This document shows, piece after piece, positions 9,712 through 20,256 of a stretch of DNA of 64,000 bases. Both the position numbers and the translations under genes were made by a program. Source of the stretch: Thermoplasmatota archaeon (GTDB lineage Archaea; Thermoplasmatota; Penumbrarchaeia; Penumbrarchaeales; Penumbrarchaeaceae); assembly GCA_048569615.1 (NCBI GenBank), contig JBLIRK010000002.1, positions 8,390-72,389 of the forward strand, in the 5' to 3' direction. The notes under the pieces are model-generated. The model searched no databases and was not told the DNA's origin. It saw nothing but the letters and a program-made list of their open reading frames with translations. The first letter of the stretch is position 1; every line of letters starts with the position of its first letter.

Positions 9712-10005
9712 TTGGAAGGACGAAGAAACGATTATAATCCATCTTACGGATACAATGGGCAGAGGTTGAAAGAAATGACAGAATTCGACGATAAGGAGAT
9801 CGCCATACTGAAACTGGATGAGATAACCGCGGATATTGTGAAATCGTACCTCGAATATTCGAGAACCTTGATCACAATGGTGATAGAGAAACAGAGCTAT
9901 TCCACACCATTCAAAGACCTCAACGATGATCTGGTTATCACCCCCGACGAGTTGATCAACCTCATCGACAGGATCCAAAAATCCCTGGTCTCTGTGAAAG
10001 ATTGA
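9712..10005 (+). CDS. Hypothetical protein, start uncertain
   Basis: Amphipathic helical ORF filling the gap; no recognised motif. Confidence 0.55.
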   Translation: MEGRRNDYNPSYGYNGQRLKEMTEFDDKEIAILKLDEITADIVKSYLEYSRTLITMVIEKQSYSTPFKDLNDDLVITPDELINLIDRIQKSLVSVKD

Positions 10006-10016
10006 TCAACATTGTT

Positions 10017-10583
10017 TTAACTGCTGACAAGGCAGTATGTATTGGAATCCCTGATATGCTCTTCGGAGAATCCGATGAACCTAGACAGGACCTGCATCTG
10101 CCCCTCCAGCTGGTGGTTGTCCACCTCGAACCTGAAATCGGGATTGTACTCCTTTCCGTTCTTCATGTGGAAGGATACTCCCTTGTGCACATTGTAGTAT
10201 ATCATCATAACATCCCTGAGAACAACGGTCCTTGAGCGGTAGGGATTGATGAACTCTATCCTGTCCTTATAGACAACCATCACCTCATAGACGCTTGCAA
10301 GGATGAAAATGAAGAATATCATCCATAAGATGATATACGGAATTGGGGCGAGTGCATAGAAGCCGGCTGGCTCGAAATAGGACATATATGCCAGATACAG
10401 GAACAGCGGAACGGCAGGCAGCAGCAGCCATACAAGCAGCTTTCTTATTGACCTGTCGTTTCGATAGACCTGACTGATCTCCATGCCAATACAACCCGGA
10501 AGGAGCGATACAAAGCTTTCCTCGGACTCCCCCCGATAAAAAAGGCCTCGAAACCACTTAATACTTCTGTATAAATGCTCCAA
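10017..10583 (-). CDS. Hypothetical membrane protein (2 TM plus possible PH-like domain)
   Basis: Two hydrophobic helices followed by YEVMVVYKDRIEF beta-rich segment; directly downstream of pantoate kinase. Confidence 0.65.
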   Translation of the reverse strand: MEHLYRSIKWFRGLFYRGESEESFVSLLPGCIGMEISQVYRNDRSIRKLLVWLLLPAVPLFLYLAYMSYFEPAGFYALAPIPYIILWMIFFIFILASVYEVMVVYKDRIEFINPYRSRTVVLRDVMMIYYNVHKGVSFHMKNGKEYNPDFRFEVDNHQLEGQMQVLSRFIGFSEEHIRDSNTYCLVSS

Positions 10584-10592
10584 ATAAGCGTT

Positions 10593-11795
10593 TCAATTGA
10601 CTGGTCTTGCTCCCATGAGATCTATCTCGCAGACCTGAACATCTCCCCTTTTCTTCCATATGTCAAGCACCCTTTTCTTCGCGGATGCGCCGCCGTGGCC
10701 TCCCACGAATGCAAATACAGAATTGCCGATCATGATCTGTGATGCGGGCAGGATGTCCTGGACCTCCATCAGCGCACCCTTGACGGTCATGTTCTGAAGC
10801 TTGGTGAGCCTTGAGAACTGCGAGCTCTCCTGGAGCATCCTCTCCGGGGAAGGATCCTTTATCAGGCCTCCCAATGCTGTCTCCCCGGCCTCATTTATCC
10901 TCTTTCTCTTGTTGGTATCCTTCAGAACATCGGAGGTTTTAATCTCCTCTCCCACGATGAGGAATGCTACCGAGGGAGGGGAATCCAGATTGACAGGAAT
11001 GGTGTGGACCTCGCCGTAGGGAGGGATACCGGGGGCAAGTCTCATTTCGATCCCGCCCCTGGCCTGGGCGACAACATCGCCAAGACCGCCCCCGATCAGG
11101 ATATCTGCCCTGTGGGCCGAAGCGACAAGGTCCTTGTAGCTTATGATGCCCACCTCCTCGTTGGCCTGGGACTCATCAAGCCACCTCCTTGCGGTCCTTA
11201 CCTCCCCCCCTTCCTCCATCATACCCGAAGCCTTGCCCGAGGCCTTAACCGGGTCCAGCTTCTCCACGAGAGGGCCGGTATAAAGCTGAACGTGGGATGT
11301 CAGCCTCCGCTTCAGGGGTTTTATCTTGAACTCTCCCGTGTCCATGGAGAAATAGTTTTCCTGCTGGGCCTTGAACCTGAGCTTTCTGTCCCATCCGGGA
11401 ATATCCGAATAAATGGCCTCCCAAACTGCCACGGCCGTTGAGAGGGCTCCGGCACCAGACATGCCAAATCCCTGCCCTACGGGCAGCTGCAGGTTGATCC
11501 TGAGCTGAACTTCCCAACCCTTCCCCCTCTCGGGAAGGAGACTCTCCAGAACCGCTCCGTAGATCCTCGGGTCCTGTTCGAAATCATTCGTACCCTTTAT
11601 GGCAAGCTTTAAAGAAAGCGGTTTCTTCGAACCGGTTTCCTCGGGTGCTCTCAGGACCACCGAGGAAAGGGCTCCCAAAGAAAGGTTTACGCCGGCTCCC
11701 CTGGACCCTCTTCTAAGAACATCCTTGGAGCAGTCGTGGATTGAAAAGAAACCCGTTATGTGGCCGGGACAGAATCCGATGCCTCTCAGGACCAT
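10593..11795 (-). CDS. pok: Pantoate kinase (GHMP family) with internal insertion
   Basis: FCPGHITGFF, GSRGAG, LPVGQGFGMSGAGAL, GLGDVVAQ, ASQIMIGNSVF; adjacent to coaBC. Confidence 0.85.
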   Translation of the reverse strand: MVLRGIGFCPGHITGFFSIHDCSKDVLRRGSRGAGVNLSLGALSSVVLRAPEETGSKKPLSLKLAIKGTNDFEQDPRIYGAVLESLLPERGKGWEVQLRINLQLPVGQGFGMSGAGALSTAVAVWEAIYSDIPGWDRKLRFKAQQENYFSMDTGEFKIKPLKRRLTSHVQLYTGPLVEKLDPVKASGKASGMMEEGGEVRTARRWLDESQANEEVGIISYKDLVASAHRADILIGGGLGDVVAQARGGIEMRLAPGIPPYGEVHTIPVNLDSPPSVAFLIVGEEIKTSDVLKDTNKRKRINEAGETALGGLIKDPSPERMLQESSQFSRLTKLQNMTVKGALMEVQDILPASQIMIGNSVFAFVGGHGGASAKKRVLDIWKKRGDVQVCEIDLMGARPVN

Positions 11796-11808
11796 TTAGC
11801 AGTCTCCA

Positions 11809-13035
11809 TCACAATCCCTTCAATTCCGATGCCTTATCTATGATAAACCGGGCAATATCCTCCTTGGAACCCTCCAGCCTGAATGCTTCCTTATCGGGGG
11901 TGATCAGGAGTACCTTGTTCTCATCGCTCTTAACATCCCCGAGGTCATTGGCAACGATCAAACCCAGGGAGAGTTCCCTAAGCTTTTTGTACGCCCTCTT
12001 CAGCAGCTCCTCACGATTGCCTCCGGTCGATTCGGCTTTATAACCTATGGTGAACACATCTGGATAGAGGCGGAGGAATCTCTCGATGACCTTAGGTGTG
12101 GGCTCCATTTCGATGGTAATGTTCTCCTTACCAGAAGGGAGCTTGCCTTCGACCTTTACAGGCGAATAGTCGGAGATCCCGGCAGCGAATATGGCCATAT
12201 CCGGAACGGCCCATTCGTTGGAAAGCAGCTCCACCTTGGATATCAGGTCTGCCACCGTGCCAAACCTGCTCACCTCGAGATGTTCCGGTATGGAATGGAC
12301 GTTATCACCTGCAAGAAGCATGACATCGGCTCCGTTCCTGTAGGCTTCGGTTCCGAGGGAAATTCCTGTCCTGCCTGTTGCAAGGTTCGTTACCGCCCTC
12401 ATGTCATCGATGGGCTCTACCGTAGCACCCGTTACTATCAGGACCTTCTGACCCTTCATTCGGCCTTTTAGAAGAAGGCGCAGGACCTCCTCGACGATGA
12501 CGCCCGTTCCGGCCATCTTTGCCTTTTTTTCCTCGAAGACCGGTTCGACAAATCGTATCCCCATCTGTTTTGCGGTCTCAATGTTCTCCATGACCTTGGG
12601 GTGCTCATACATAGTATTATGCATTGCGGGCACTACCATCACTGGTATCCCAGTACCTATGGCGGTCGTCAGGAAGGTGGTAACGGGAGTGTCATCTATT
12701 CCGTGGACCATCTTGCCGAGGGTATTTGCGGTGCAGGGTGCGATAAGGAGCAGGTCGGCCCTGTCGGGCACATCCCCGCAGTATTTAACATGCTCCACCT
12801 GGCCCGTAAGCTCAGTTATTACCGGCTCCCCTGTTGCGAACTCTATGGCATCCCTTCCCACAATCCTCTCCGCCCAGGGGGTCATGACTGCCCGAACGAT
12901 AGCTCCGTGGCGGAGGAGCTCCCTTATGAGCTTTACGCACTCCACAGCAGCTATGGAGCCCGTTATCCCGATGACTATACTCATTCCTGCCAGTCTATCG
13001 GAGCGGGCTCCTCTGATATCCTCAGAGGGATGCAT
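11809..13035 (-). CDS. coaBC: Bifunctional phosphopantothenoylcysteine decarboxylase/synthetase
   Basis: GITGSIAA, APCTANT, PAMHNTM, TGATVEPID, GYKAE, IVAND; start taken at MHPSEDI. Confidence 0.95.
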   Translation of the reverse strand: MHPSEDIRGARSDRLAGMSIVIGITGSIAAVECVKLIRELLRHGAIVRAVMTPWAERIVGRDAIEFATGEPVITELTGQVEHVKYCGDVPDRADLLLIAPCTANTLGKMVHGIDDTPVTTFLTTAIGTGIPVMVVPAMHNTMYEHPKVMENIETAKQMGIRFVEPVFEEKKAKMAGTGVIVEEVLRLLLKGRMKGQKVLIVTGATVEPIDDMRAVTNLATGRTGISLGTEAYRNGADVMLLAGDNVHSIPEHLEVSRFGTVADLISKVELLSNEWAVPDMAIFAAGISDYSPVKVEGKLPSGKENITIEMEPTPKVIERFLRLYPDVFTIGYKAESTGGNREELLKRAYKKLRELSLGLIVANDLGDVKSDENKVLLITPDKEAFRLEGSKEDIARFIIDKASELKGL

Positions 13036-13189
13036 GGGGCCCCAATAAGAAACATTGTAATATAGATTTTCTAAGGGATGGCCCCCAACCTTCGGGCAAA
13101 ATTCTTCAGGCACCCTTCGCCAAAGGATATATTAATAGGGGTAATCTTGTTATTTGCAATCAAGACCCAAATGGCCGGGGGAGCGAAAA

Positions 13190-16100
13190 ATGAGAGATGG
13201 GAGAAGAAACGGACATTGGAAGGAAATTCCCTTAGGATTGATCATGGTTTCCCTGATGCTGATAGGGCAGCTGCCCTTTGTTATTCATGCATCGGAACCG
13301 ATCGAGGGGATAGTCTATGTAGGGCCTTCAAGGACATACAAGACCATCAATTCAGCCATCGAGAATTCATCGGGCGGAGATACCATTGTCGTGGACGGGG
13401 GCACATACAATGAAACGGTGACAGCAAATGTTGATCAAACCGTGATCATGCCAAGCTCAGACCAACAGGTGATCATTAACGGCAGTGCCGGCAGACCGGC
13501 AGTGATAATCGAGGGAAGGAACGTCGTATTGACCGGATTTACCGTCAGATCGGGTGAAATATCGGTGAGGTCCCAAAGTGTATCGATCTCTAACCTGAAC
13601 CTCAGTTCTGAACATGGCCCATGTATATCGATAATAGATTCGAACGACACGGATGTCCGGAACGTCACAATACATGAACCCTATAATGACTGCATCATGA
13701 TACGATCGTCAAAGAATGTCAGTGCAAGCAAGATATATGCAAATGGATTGAACGCCACCTGTATCAGCGTATCGAACTCGAACAACGTCAATATCTCGGA
13801 GATCGACCTTCAGCTCAACGAGAACGGAAGGGGGATCTTTGCTGTGAATACGACCTCCCTCACGATCGACGGTGCTTTCATCAAGGGTTTCAAAGCACCC
13901 AGCTCCGGGATCGTATTAAACAACGTCACCATATCAAAAATAACAAATTCCAACATCAACGTTACAAAGATCGGATTAGATATCTGGAACTCCCTGAACG
14001 GGATCATAGTGGATTCGGTTTTCTTCACTTCGGGAAACGGCGCATCGGGAATATTTATAGACACTTCCAATACTTTCAACATCTCGAGGAGCCAGTTCTT
14101 TATCGGGGAAGGCGCCGAAGGGATCTCGATCCTTGCCACAACCTATTTTTCTCTCGACAACTCAACGATGCAGATAGTTGGCAAGGGCGGGACCGGAATG
14201 GAAATGACCGGGGCTTCTCTGTTTAAGGTAATGGACAACAACGCCCAGGTCAGATGGGACAAGGGGATCGTTGCCAAGCTTTACGGCTGCGGTGACGGAC
14301 AGATAGGGTCCTTGATAGCCAATATCCAGAAGTCCAACGGTTCCGGTATTTGCATGGAGGATTCAATGAACATCACAGCGTTCAACTGCATGCTTACATC
14401 GACCGGGGGAGGCGCAGAACTGCTCTGCCTGTCGAATACGAAAAAAATTACCTCACGCAACTCGGATTGGATGGTTTCGGGTCGAAACAGCACTGCAGTC
14501 CGGTTGAGCTCCGGGAGCAGCCTGTTCTCCCTCGAGGACCTGGTATCCATTTCAGGAAGCAGGTCCAAAGGTTTCCTTATCAGGAGCTCGTCCCTGGAGG
14601 TCAACGACATAACCGCTTCGGTGTATTCACAAGCCGGTGAAGTCATCAATTCAACGGACTGCTCCGTATCCGTAGAGGATTCGACCTTCTACGGAATAGG
14701 TGCGGATTCACTTCTTTTCATGTCCAGGGCCGACAAGGGGCTGGATATCATATCATCCGATCTATGGCTGACGGGTGAAAACTCCCAAGGGATGATCATA
14801 CAGGTTCCGGCTGGGATTATCAACTTCACGCAATCCGGCATGGAAGGCGAGATCGGATCGGGAATGCCCATACTTGTGCACGGAGAAGGATCCTTCATGA
14901 ACATCCGGCACAGCTTCATCAACACAACCTCGGGAATGGAGCTTCTGGGTTTCTTCGGCGCCAAATTGGCCATCGCCAACTCCACACTCACGGGAGAAGG
15001 GACATCTCTCACGATCCAGAACACTCCGGATGTGGCCATAGAGAATTCGATCATCAACTCACCGAGGAACATAGACCTTTTCAATTCCGGACTGAGGGCC
15101 AGGTCTTCCGACCTCAGCGGTGAAGCGTACTCTCTGTTCGCATTCAGCGGATCACACGCCAGATTGCTTGACAGCTACTCAGGGGAGCTCAACGCGGATG
15201 ACCTCAGCACCATCGAGGTCTTGAGCACGATCAGGATAGTAACCGTGGACAGGTTCTCCGCTCCCCTTCCGGGAGTTGATCTCAGGATAGAGAATTTTGG
15301 AAATATGATGTATCAAACCCCGCATTTCGATCCGGGATCAACGGATGAGAGAACGAACGAAATGGGAGGCATTGCGCCTCTCGAGATGCTGTATGAATTC
15401 TACAATGGGTCGAGCACCCCTATAAAAGACAATACAACCGTGGAAGTATTCCTTCAAGGGGATTCCGGGGAAAACTGGGACGATATCTTTGATATCAACA
15501 CCTCCCATCCCCACACGAGGTACCTAATCTCCCCCGACATAGACAGACCGATGAAACCCCGGAACTTCACAGCTGTGAATGTACCGAAATCCCAGAAGGT
15601 ATTTCTGAACTGGGATTTGAACTCAGATGATACGGAGGAGTATCACATCTACTTCAGATATCTGGACGAAAGCTCTCCAAGAGACCCCGTTATCCTGCCC
15701 AGGCTGAACGCCACCTGGACATCGGGAGACCTGGGACCTTCCCAGAAGATCATATTCTGGGTGAGGGCATTTGACGGAACATGGCCCTCCGACCCCACGG
15801 AGCCCGTACTTCTGACCACGGGAGATATCACACCTCCGATACCCCCGTCCGACATATTCGAGGTCAACCGATCTGACTCATCGATAACAATAGGATGGGC
15901 GCATCCGGGTGAGCCGGACCTTGCGGGATTCAGGGTAATGATGAACATAACCCCCTCGGGCAATGAATTCAGTGAGATCGGCCGGACCGGCCCCCAGGCG
16001 AGGAGCTTCAAAGCAGATGGATTGACGTGGGGTACGAAATATTCGTTCAAGGTCATGGCCTTTGATTCGAATAACAACCCCTCGGACCCGTCAAGGACTA

Positions 16101-17647
16101 TCTCGGTAAGGACCCTAAGTCCTTCACTGAGCGTCAGGATCAACCTTACATATTCGGACCAGGGGCCCTTGGCGGAGAGACCGGGGACCAACTGCACCGT
16201 TGAGCTTCTCCTCAACGGATCTGTCATCGCAACCTCAAAGACGGACATGATCAACGGGACCGTGAGGCTGTCCGGCCTCCAACCTTTCACAGAATACCTT
16301 GTGAGGGCTTATCCTCACAAGGACTACCAGGGAGTGAATGGTGAGAGGAGCGGATATCTATCGGCGGAAAGCGAGGCCTTTTCGATCGATCCGTACCACA
16401 AGATCCTGGAACTCGACCTTATCTTCGATTATTATCAGAGGAGCGTGAACGGCACGGTCAGGATCAAGGTGTCCTTCGGACAGGACGGAGAGAGGTCCGG
16501 ACCGGTTTTCGGTGCAAAGGTGGAAAGATATGAACAGGGAGCCGGTCTCATCGAAACAAAATACACAAATGCGGACGGGGTGACCCTTTTCATAGTGTCC
16601 GATCTGCCGTTTTCAGGGTGGTTCCAGATCACTCCCCCGACCGACCTCATGGGAGATCCCTTATCACAAAGGACGGGATATCTCGGCAATGTCACTGAAA
16701 GGGTTCTCCTGACCCTCGATGAGCCTGACCTGGGAACTATAGAGGTGTTCCTCGACTACTATCTATTCGTTCCTCCACTCGAGGAGCTGTTGATACTTTC
16801 GGCCTCTCCGAAGGGTGGCACCGAATCCCTGGATGCCCCGATAATCATTACCTTCAACCAGCCTGTCAGGAGGAGCAGCGTAGAGGAGGCTTTCAAGGTT
16901 GTCCCAGCATTGAAGGATCCCGTTTTCACCTGGTCCTCCGGCAACAGGACCATGACCGTAACCCACGGGGACCTTCTGCCTGAGACGGAGTACACAGTGA
17001 GGATCGATGCGACCGCCGAATCGGTTGCTGGCACCAGGTTTCCCACGGGCTACATGAACAATACATGGAAGTTCACGACAACCGCCCTTCCCCATGCGGA
17101 TGGAGACGGAGGAGGCGACAATACGAACACCATACTGATCATTGCCCTTGTGGCCATTATAATTGTAATAATCATTCTGGTCTATGCGAGGATTAGCTCC
17201 AGAAGGGAAGAGCGGGTCTATGGAACGGATTATACTGAATATGGCGAGGGCTACGAAGATGACTTCTACGATGCCATGGACGATATTGAAGGAGAGTACC
17301 CGGACGACCTGGCCGATCAGATGGCAGGTGTGGGGATGCCCTTCGAGGACGAGTACGATGAGGAAGAATACCCGGAGGATGAGCTGATGGCAGAGGAAGG
17401 AGAGCTTGTCCCCGAAGAAGAGATCGTTGAGGAGTACGGGGAGCCATCCGAAGTGGATGAAGAGAAGGAGCCGGAGGAGATCCCGATCGAGGATGAGGTT
17501 TTCGAGGAGATGGAGGAGCTTGACGTTGAAGAGGAGGAAAGGACTGAGGACCTCCATACCGAGGACATTGCTCCCGGAGAAGGAGTGGAAAAGAAGGAAA
17601 AAACCAAAAAACACAAAAAGAAATCCAAGAAGAAGAGGAAAAAATAA
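13190..17647 (+). CDS. Large surface protein: beta-helix (NosD/pectin-lyase-like), FN3, Ig-like (Big_5) domains, TM anchor, acidic tail
   Basis: Signal peptide; YKTINSAI...GGDTIVV...Y.E start of beta-helix; FN3 motifs (LTWGTKYSFKVMAFD); IIITFNQPV Big_5; TM ILIIALVAIIIVIIILVYA; E/D-rich tail ending in a Lys run. Confidence 0.85.
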   Translation: MRDGRRNGHWKEIPLGLIMVSLMLIGQLPFVIHASEPIEGIVYVGPSRTYKTINSAIENSSGGDTIVVDGGTYNETVTANVDQTVIMPSSDQQVIINGSAGRPAVIIEGRNVVLTGFTVRSGEISVRSQSVSISNLNLSSEHGPCISIIDSNDTDVRNVTIHEPYNDCIMIRSSKNVSASKIYANGLNATCISVSNSNNVNISEIDLQLNENGRGIFAVNTTSLTIDGAFIKGFKAPSSGIVLNNVTISKITNSNINVTKIGLDIWNSLNGIIVDSVFFTSGNGASGIFIDTSNTFNISRSQFFIGEGAEGISILATTYFSLDNSTMQIVGKGGTGMEMTGASLFKVMDNNAQVRWDKGIVAKLYGCGDGQIGSLIANIQKSNGSGICMEDSMNITAFNCMLTSTGGGAELLCLSNTKKITSRNSDWMVSGRNSTAVRLSSGSSLFSLEDLVSISGSRSKGFLIRSSSLEVNDITASVYSQAGEVINSTDCSVSVEDSTFYGIGADSLLFMSRADKGLDIISSDLWLTGENSQGMIIQVPAGIINFTQSGMEGEIGSGMPILVHGEGSFMNIRHSFINTTSGMELLGFFGAKLAIANSTLTGEGTSLTIQNTPDVAIENSIINSPRNIDLFNSGLRARSSDLSGEAYSLFAFSGSHARLLDSYSGELNADDLSTIEVLSTIRIVTVDRFSAPLPGVDLRIENFGNMMYQTPHFDPGSTDERTNEMGGIAPLEMLYEFYNGSSTPIKDNTTVEVFLQGDSGENWDDIFDINTSHPHTRYLISPDIDRPMKPRNFTAVNVPKSQKVFLNWDLNSDDTEEYHIYFRYLDESSPRDPVILPRLNATWTSGDLGPSQKIIFWVRAFDGTWPSDPTEPVLLTTGDITPPIPPSDIFEVNRSDSSITIGWAHPGEPDLAGFRVMMNITPSGNEFSEIGRTGPQARSFKADGLTWGTKYSFKVMAFDSNNNPSDPSRTISVRTLSPSLSVRINLTYSDQGPLAERPGTNCTVELLLNGSVIATSKTDMINGTVRLSGLQPFTEYLVRAYPHKDYQGVNGERSGYLSAESEAFSIDPYHKILELDLIFDYYQRSVNGTVRIKVSFGQDGERSGPVFGAKVERYEQGAGLIETKYTNADGVTLFIVSDLPFSGWFQITPPTDLMGDPLSQRTGYLGNVTERVLLTLDEPDLGTIEVFLDYYLFVPPLEELLILSASPKGGTESLDAPIIITFNQPVRRSSVEEAFKVVPALKDPVFTWSSGNRTMTVTHGDLLPETEYTVRIDATAESVAGTRFPTGYMNNTWKFTTTALPHADGDGGGDNTNTILIIALVAIIIVIIILVYARISSRREERVYGTDYTEYGEGYEDDFYDAMDDIEGEYPDDLADQMAGVGMPFEDEYDEEEYPEDELMAEEGELVPEEEIVEEYGEPSEVDEEKEPEEIPIEDEVFEEMEELDVEEEERTEDLHTEDIAPGEGVEKKEKTKKHKKKSKKKRKK

Positions 17648-17650
17648 ACC

Positions 17651-18199
17651 TCATTTCCCATTCTCGATCCGCACAAGCTCGAGATTCTCCAGATATGCCA
17701 TGAACTTGGCAAGCCTGGGGTACAAGGGCTCAACATCCTTGCCGAACTTGAGCTTGAGCCTCTTTCCAATAGCCCTGACATCCCTTTTACCGTCTATCGA
17801 ATCCCAGACATACCATCCGTAGTAATCCATCCGTACCCTCCGTACGGTCTTCATCTTTATGAAAGAGGCGGCCCTTCTCCACCTGTCGGACCGGTATAGC
17901 GGAACAAGCAGGAAATCCCCATCCCTTTCAAGGCCGGACCTCCTTCTCGGAACGAGATCAAGTAGGTTGACTATCCGCGGATCCCTTCTTGCAGCTTCTT
18001 CCAGCAGGGCAGGTCGGTCATCATCATCAACTTTCACCTTGGAGCTCTCGTATATGCCCTTTATCTTGTCGTAACGCTCCCTAATCAGCTCCTCATCGGT
18101 CCTTGCCCACCAGGGCCTCTCCCTCTTAGGTTTTTCTTTTTTCGGCTCTTCCTGCTTCTTGACCGGTGGAGATAGAGGCCTCTTCATCTTCTTCCCCAT
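17651..18199 (-). CDS. PqqD/RRE-like family protein
   Basis: C-terminal RVRMDYYGWYVWDSIDGKRDVRAIGKRLKLKFG...LYPRLAKFMAYLENLELV fits the PqqD winged-helix pattern. Confidence 0.7.
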   Translation of the reverse strand: MGKKMKRPLSPPVKKQEEPKKEKPKRERPWWARTDEELIRERYDKIKGIYESSKVKVDDDDRPALLEEAARRDPRIVNLLDLVPRRRSGLERDGDFLLVPLYRSDRWRRAASFIKMKTVRRVRMDYYGWYVWDSIDGKRDVRAIGKRLKLKFGKDVEPLYPRLAKFMAYLENLELVRIENGK

Positions 18200-18216
18200 A
18201 GGCTTTCCCCGCTCAA

Positions 18217-20253
18217 TTACCTCTTTCTGAGGGTTCCTATGATCTCACCGAATGACAGACCTGCAACGTGCTCCCTGATGACCATGTACACTATTAGCAG
18301 CATTATGAAGAGAAGGCCGAAAATTCCGGGATACATGCTGGGAGCCGTGAACACCTTAATGGATCCTATGATCGGTTCGGCAATTATCAAACCTGCAACG
18401 ATCACACCTAGGACAGCTTCACCCGCAACAAGCCCAGCGGCAAAGAGCAGACCTTTATTGAAGGTATCTTCCTTGTTATCCTTCACCTTTGCCTCGAGCT
18501 GCTCCTTGGAAAGCCCGGCCGAATCGTACATATTTGTCTTGTTCACAATTATCCTCTCTGAGATCCAGCCCAGGAGACCTCCGATGGCGATGGGTGTTGT
18601 CAGGGTGAAAGGCAGGTAGATCCCTATAGCCACGGCCATGACCGGAAGCTTTCTCCAGATCAGAATGATGGCAAGGACCAGGCCAATAAGGAACATGATG
18701 TAGTTGAACTGCATCCGGAATATGGCATCCACGGTTGATCCCATGATGACCGCCTGGGGCGCAGGAAGTGATTGGCTCCCGATCGTGAATGCCTCTGCAA
18801 GCATCATAACGACAAAGGGTATGGCTAATGCGCCGACCGCCACCCCTATGAACCTGCCCCACTGGATCTTGATGGGCGTGGCTCCGAGGATCTGGGCTGT
18901 CTTAAGCTCTTGCATTGAATCCCCGGCTATAGCCGCTGAGCAGCAAACCACGGCTGCAACAAGTATCGTGGCTCCCATGGGGTCTTTCAATGCTGAGATG
19001 CCTATCAGGTCGAATCCGAGAAGAACGAACGCCGTAAGGACAAGGGTTGTGATGGTGACGGATGAAATGGGATTGTTCGAAGAGCCGACGATACCCGCTA
19101 GATACCCTGCTACCGCAGTGAAGAAGAACGTGGCACCGAACATTACTATCGCCAGGACTATGGATGTATGTATTTCCCCCGTCACCCCGAGGTAGATAGC
19201 AACCACAACGATGAATATTATGAGGAGGTAGATCGGCGATACCGAAAAATCCCTCTCGGTTCGGATCGGGGCGGGAACCGAGCCGCTTACCTTCTTCCCT
19301 CCAAGTGTTTGTTTTATGCTCTGGACCAGAGTTTTCCTCATGGACCACAGGGTGTAGCTTCCACCCGTCAAAACGGCTCCTATGCCTATCCATTTGGTCT
19401 CCTCGAACCAGACCTTAGTTATCGCTTCGATCCCGTGATAGGTTTTTTCTATATTGGTTATCGGATCCTCGTAGGTCCAGTTGTTGATATAACCGATTAT
19501 CGGAAGTGCTATCACCCAGCCAAGCACCCCTCCGGAGAATACAATGAAGGAGATCTTGGGGCCTATGATGTAGCCGACACCCAAAAGGGCCGGGGAGACA
19601 TGGACGCCGCCGAAGAGCTTCAATCGGCTTGTGTTCGAGGGTACTACGCCCTGGATCTGGTCCTGCCAGAGGGAGAGACCTGACCCGGATGCAAGTTTCA
19701 TGAAGCCTCCGATGCCGGCTGCCAGCAGGATGTAGTAGATCCCCCTTCCGCCCTTCTCCATGGCCTTGAGCACCTCCGCAGCCGCCACACCCTCGGGATA
19801 GGGCAGGTCGAGGTCCTCTATGAAGACCTTCCTGAGCGGGATCGTGAACAAGATGCCGAATAGACCGCCGATCAGGGCGATGATTATCATTATCAGAAGG
19901 TTCCAGAAATCAAGCATGGTCTCCCAGCCGGCCCCCTCATTGCCGGGGAGCGAGCGGATAATGAGCATTGCCGGGAAAGTGAATATGATACCCGCAGCCA
20001 GTGCCTCTCCGGCCACGCCTATGTTCTTGGACATGTTGATCTCGAGTATGTTGCCTTTGAACAGCTTCAGGATCGCAAGTGCGAAAACCAGGGAAGGGAT
20101 CGTTGCTGAAACCGTCATCCCGACGAAGAGGCCGAGGTATGCATTCGCGGCGCCCATCACGAGGGTTATGATCACACCCACAATGATGGCCTTGAAGGAG
20201 AATTCCGGAATATCCTGGTCTGGAGAGATGTAGGGCTCGAAATCCTGTGCCAC
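18217..20253 (-). CDS. Oligopeptide transporter, OPT family
   Basis: AANAYLGLFVGMTVSATIP, LPYPEGVAAAEVL, GSSNNPISS, LPAPQA, GLVAGEA. Confidence 0.95.
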   Translation of the reverse strand: MAQDFEPYISPDQDIPEFSFKAIIVGVIITLVMGAANAYLGLFVGMTVSATIPSLVFALAILKLFKGNILEINMSKNIGVAGEALAAGIIFTFPAMLIIRSLPGNEGAGWETMLDFWNLLIMIIIALIGGLFGILFTIPLRKVFIEDLDLPYPEGVAAAEVLKAMEKGGRGIYYILLAAGIGGFMKLASGSGLSLWQDQIQGVVPSNTSRLKLFGGVHVSPALLGVGYIIGPKISFIVFSGGVLGWVIALPIIGYINNWTYEDPITNIEKTYHGIEAITKVWFEETKWIGIGAVLTGGSYTLWSMRKTLVQSIKQTLGGKKVSGSVPAPIRTERDFSVSPIYLLIIFIVVVAIYLGVTGEIHTSIVLAIVMFGATFFFTAVAGYLAGIVGSSNNPISSVTITTLVLTAFVLLGFDLIGISALKDPMGATILVAAVVCCSAAIAGDSMQELKTAQILGATPIKIQWGRFIGVAVGALAIPFVVMMLAEAFTIGSQSLPAPQAVIMGSTVDAIFRMQFNYIMFLIGLVLAIILIWRKLPVMAVAIGIYLPFTLTTPIAIGGLLGWISERIIVNKTNMYDSAGLSKEQLEAKVKDNKEDTFNKGLLFAAGLVAGEAVLGVIVAGLIIAEPIIGSIKVFTAPSMYPGIFGLLFIMLLIVYMVIREHVAGLSFGEIIGTLRKR

Positions 20254-20256
20254 CGA

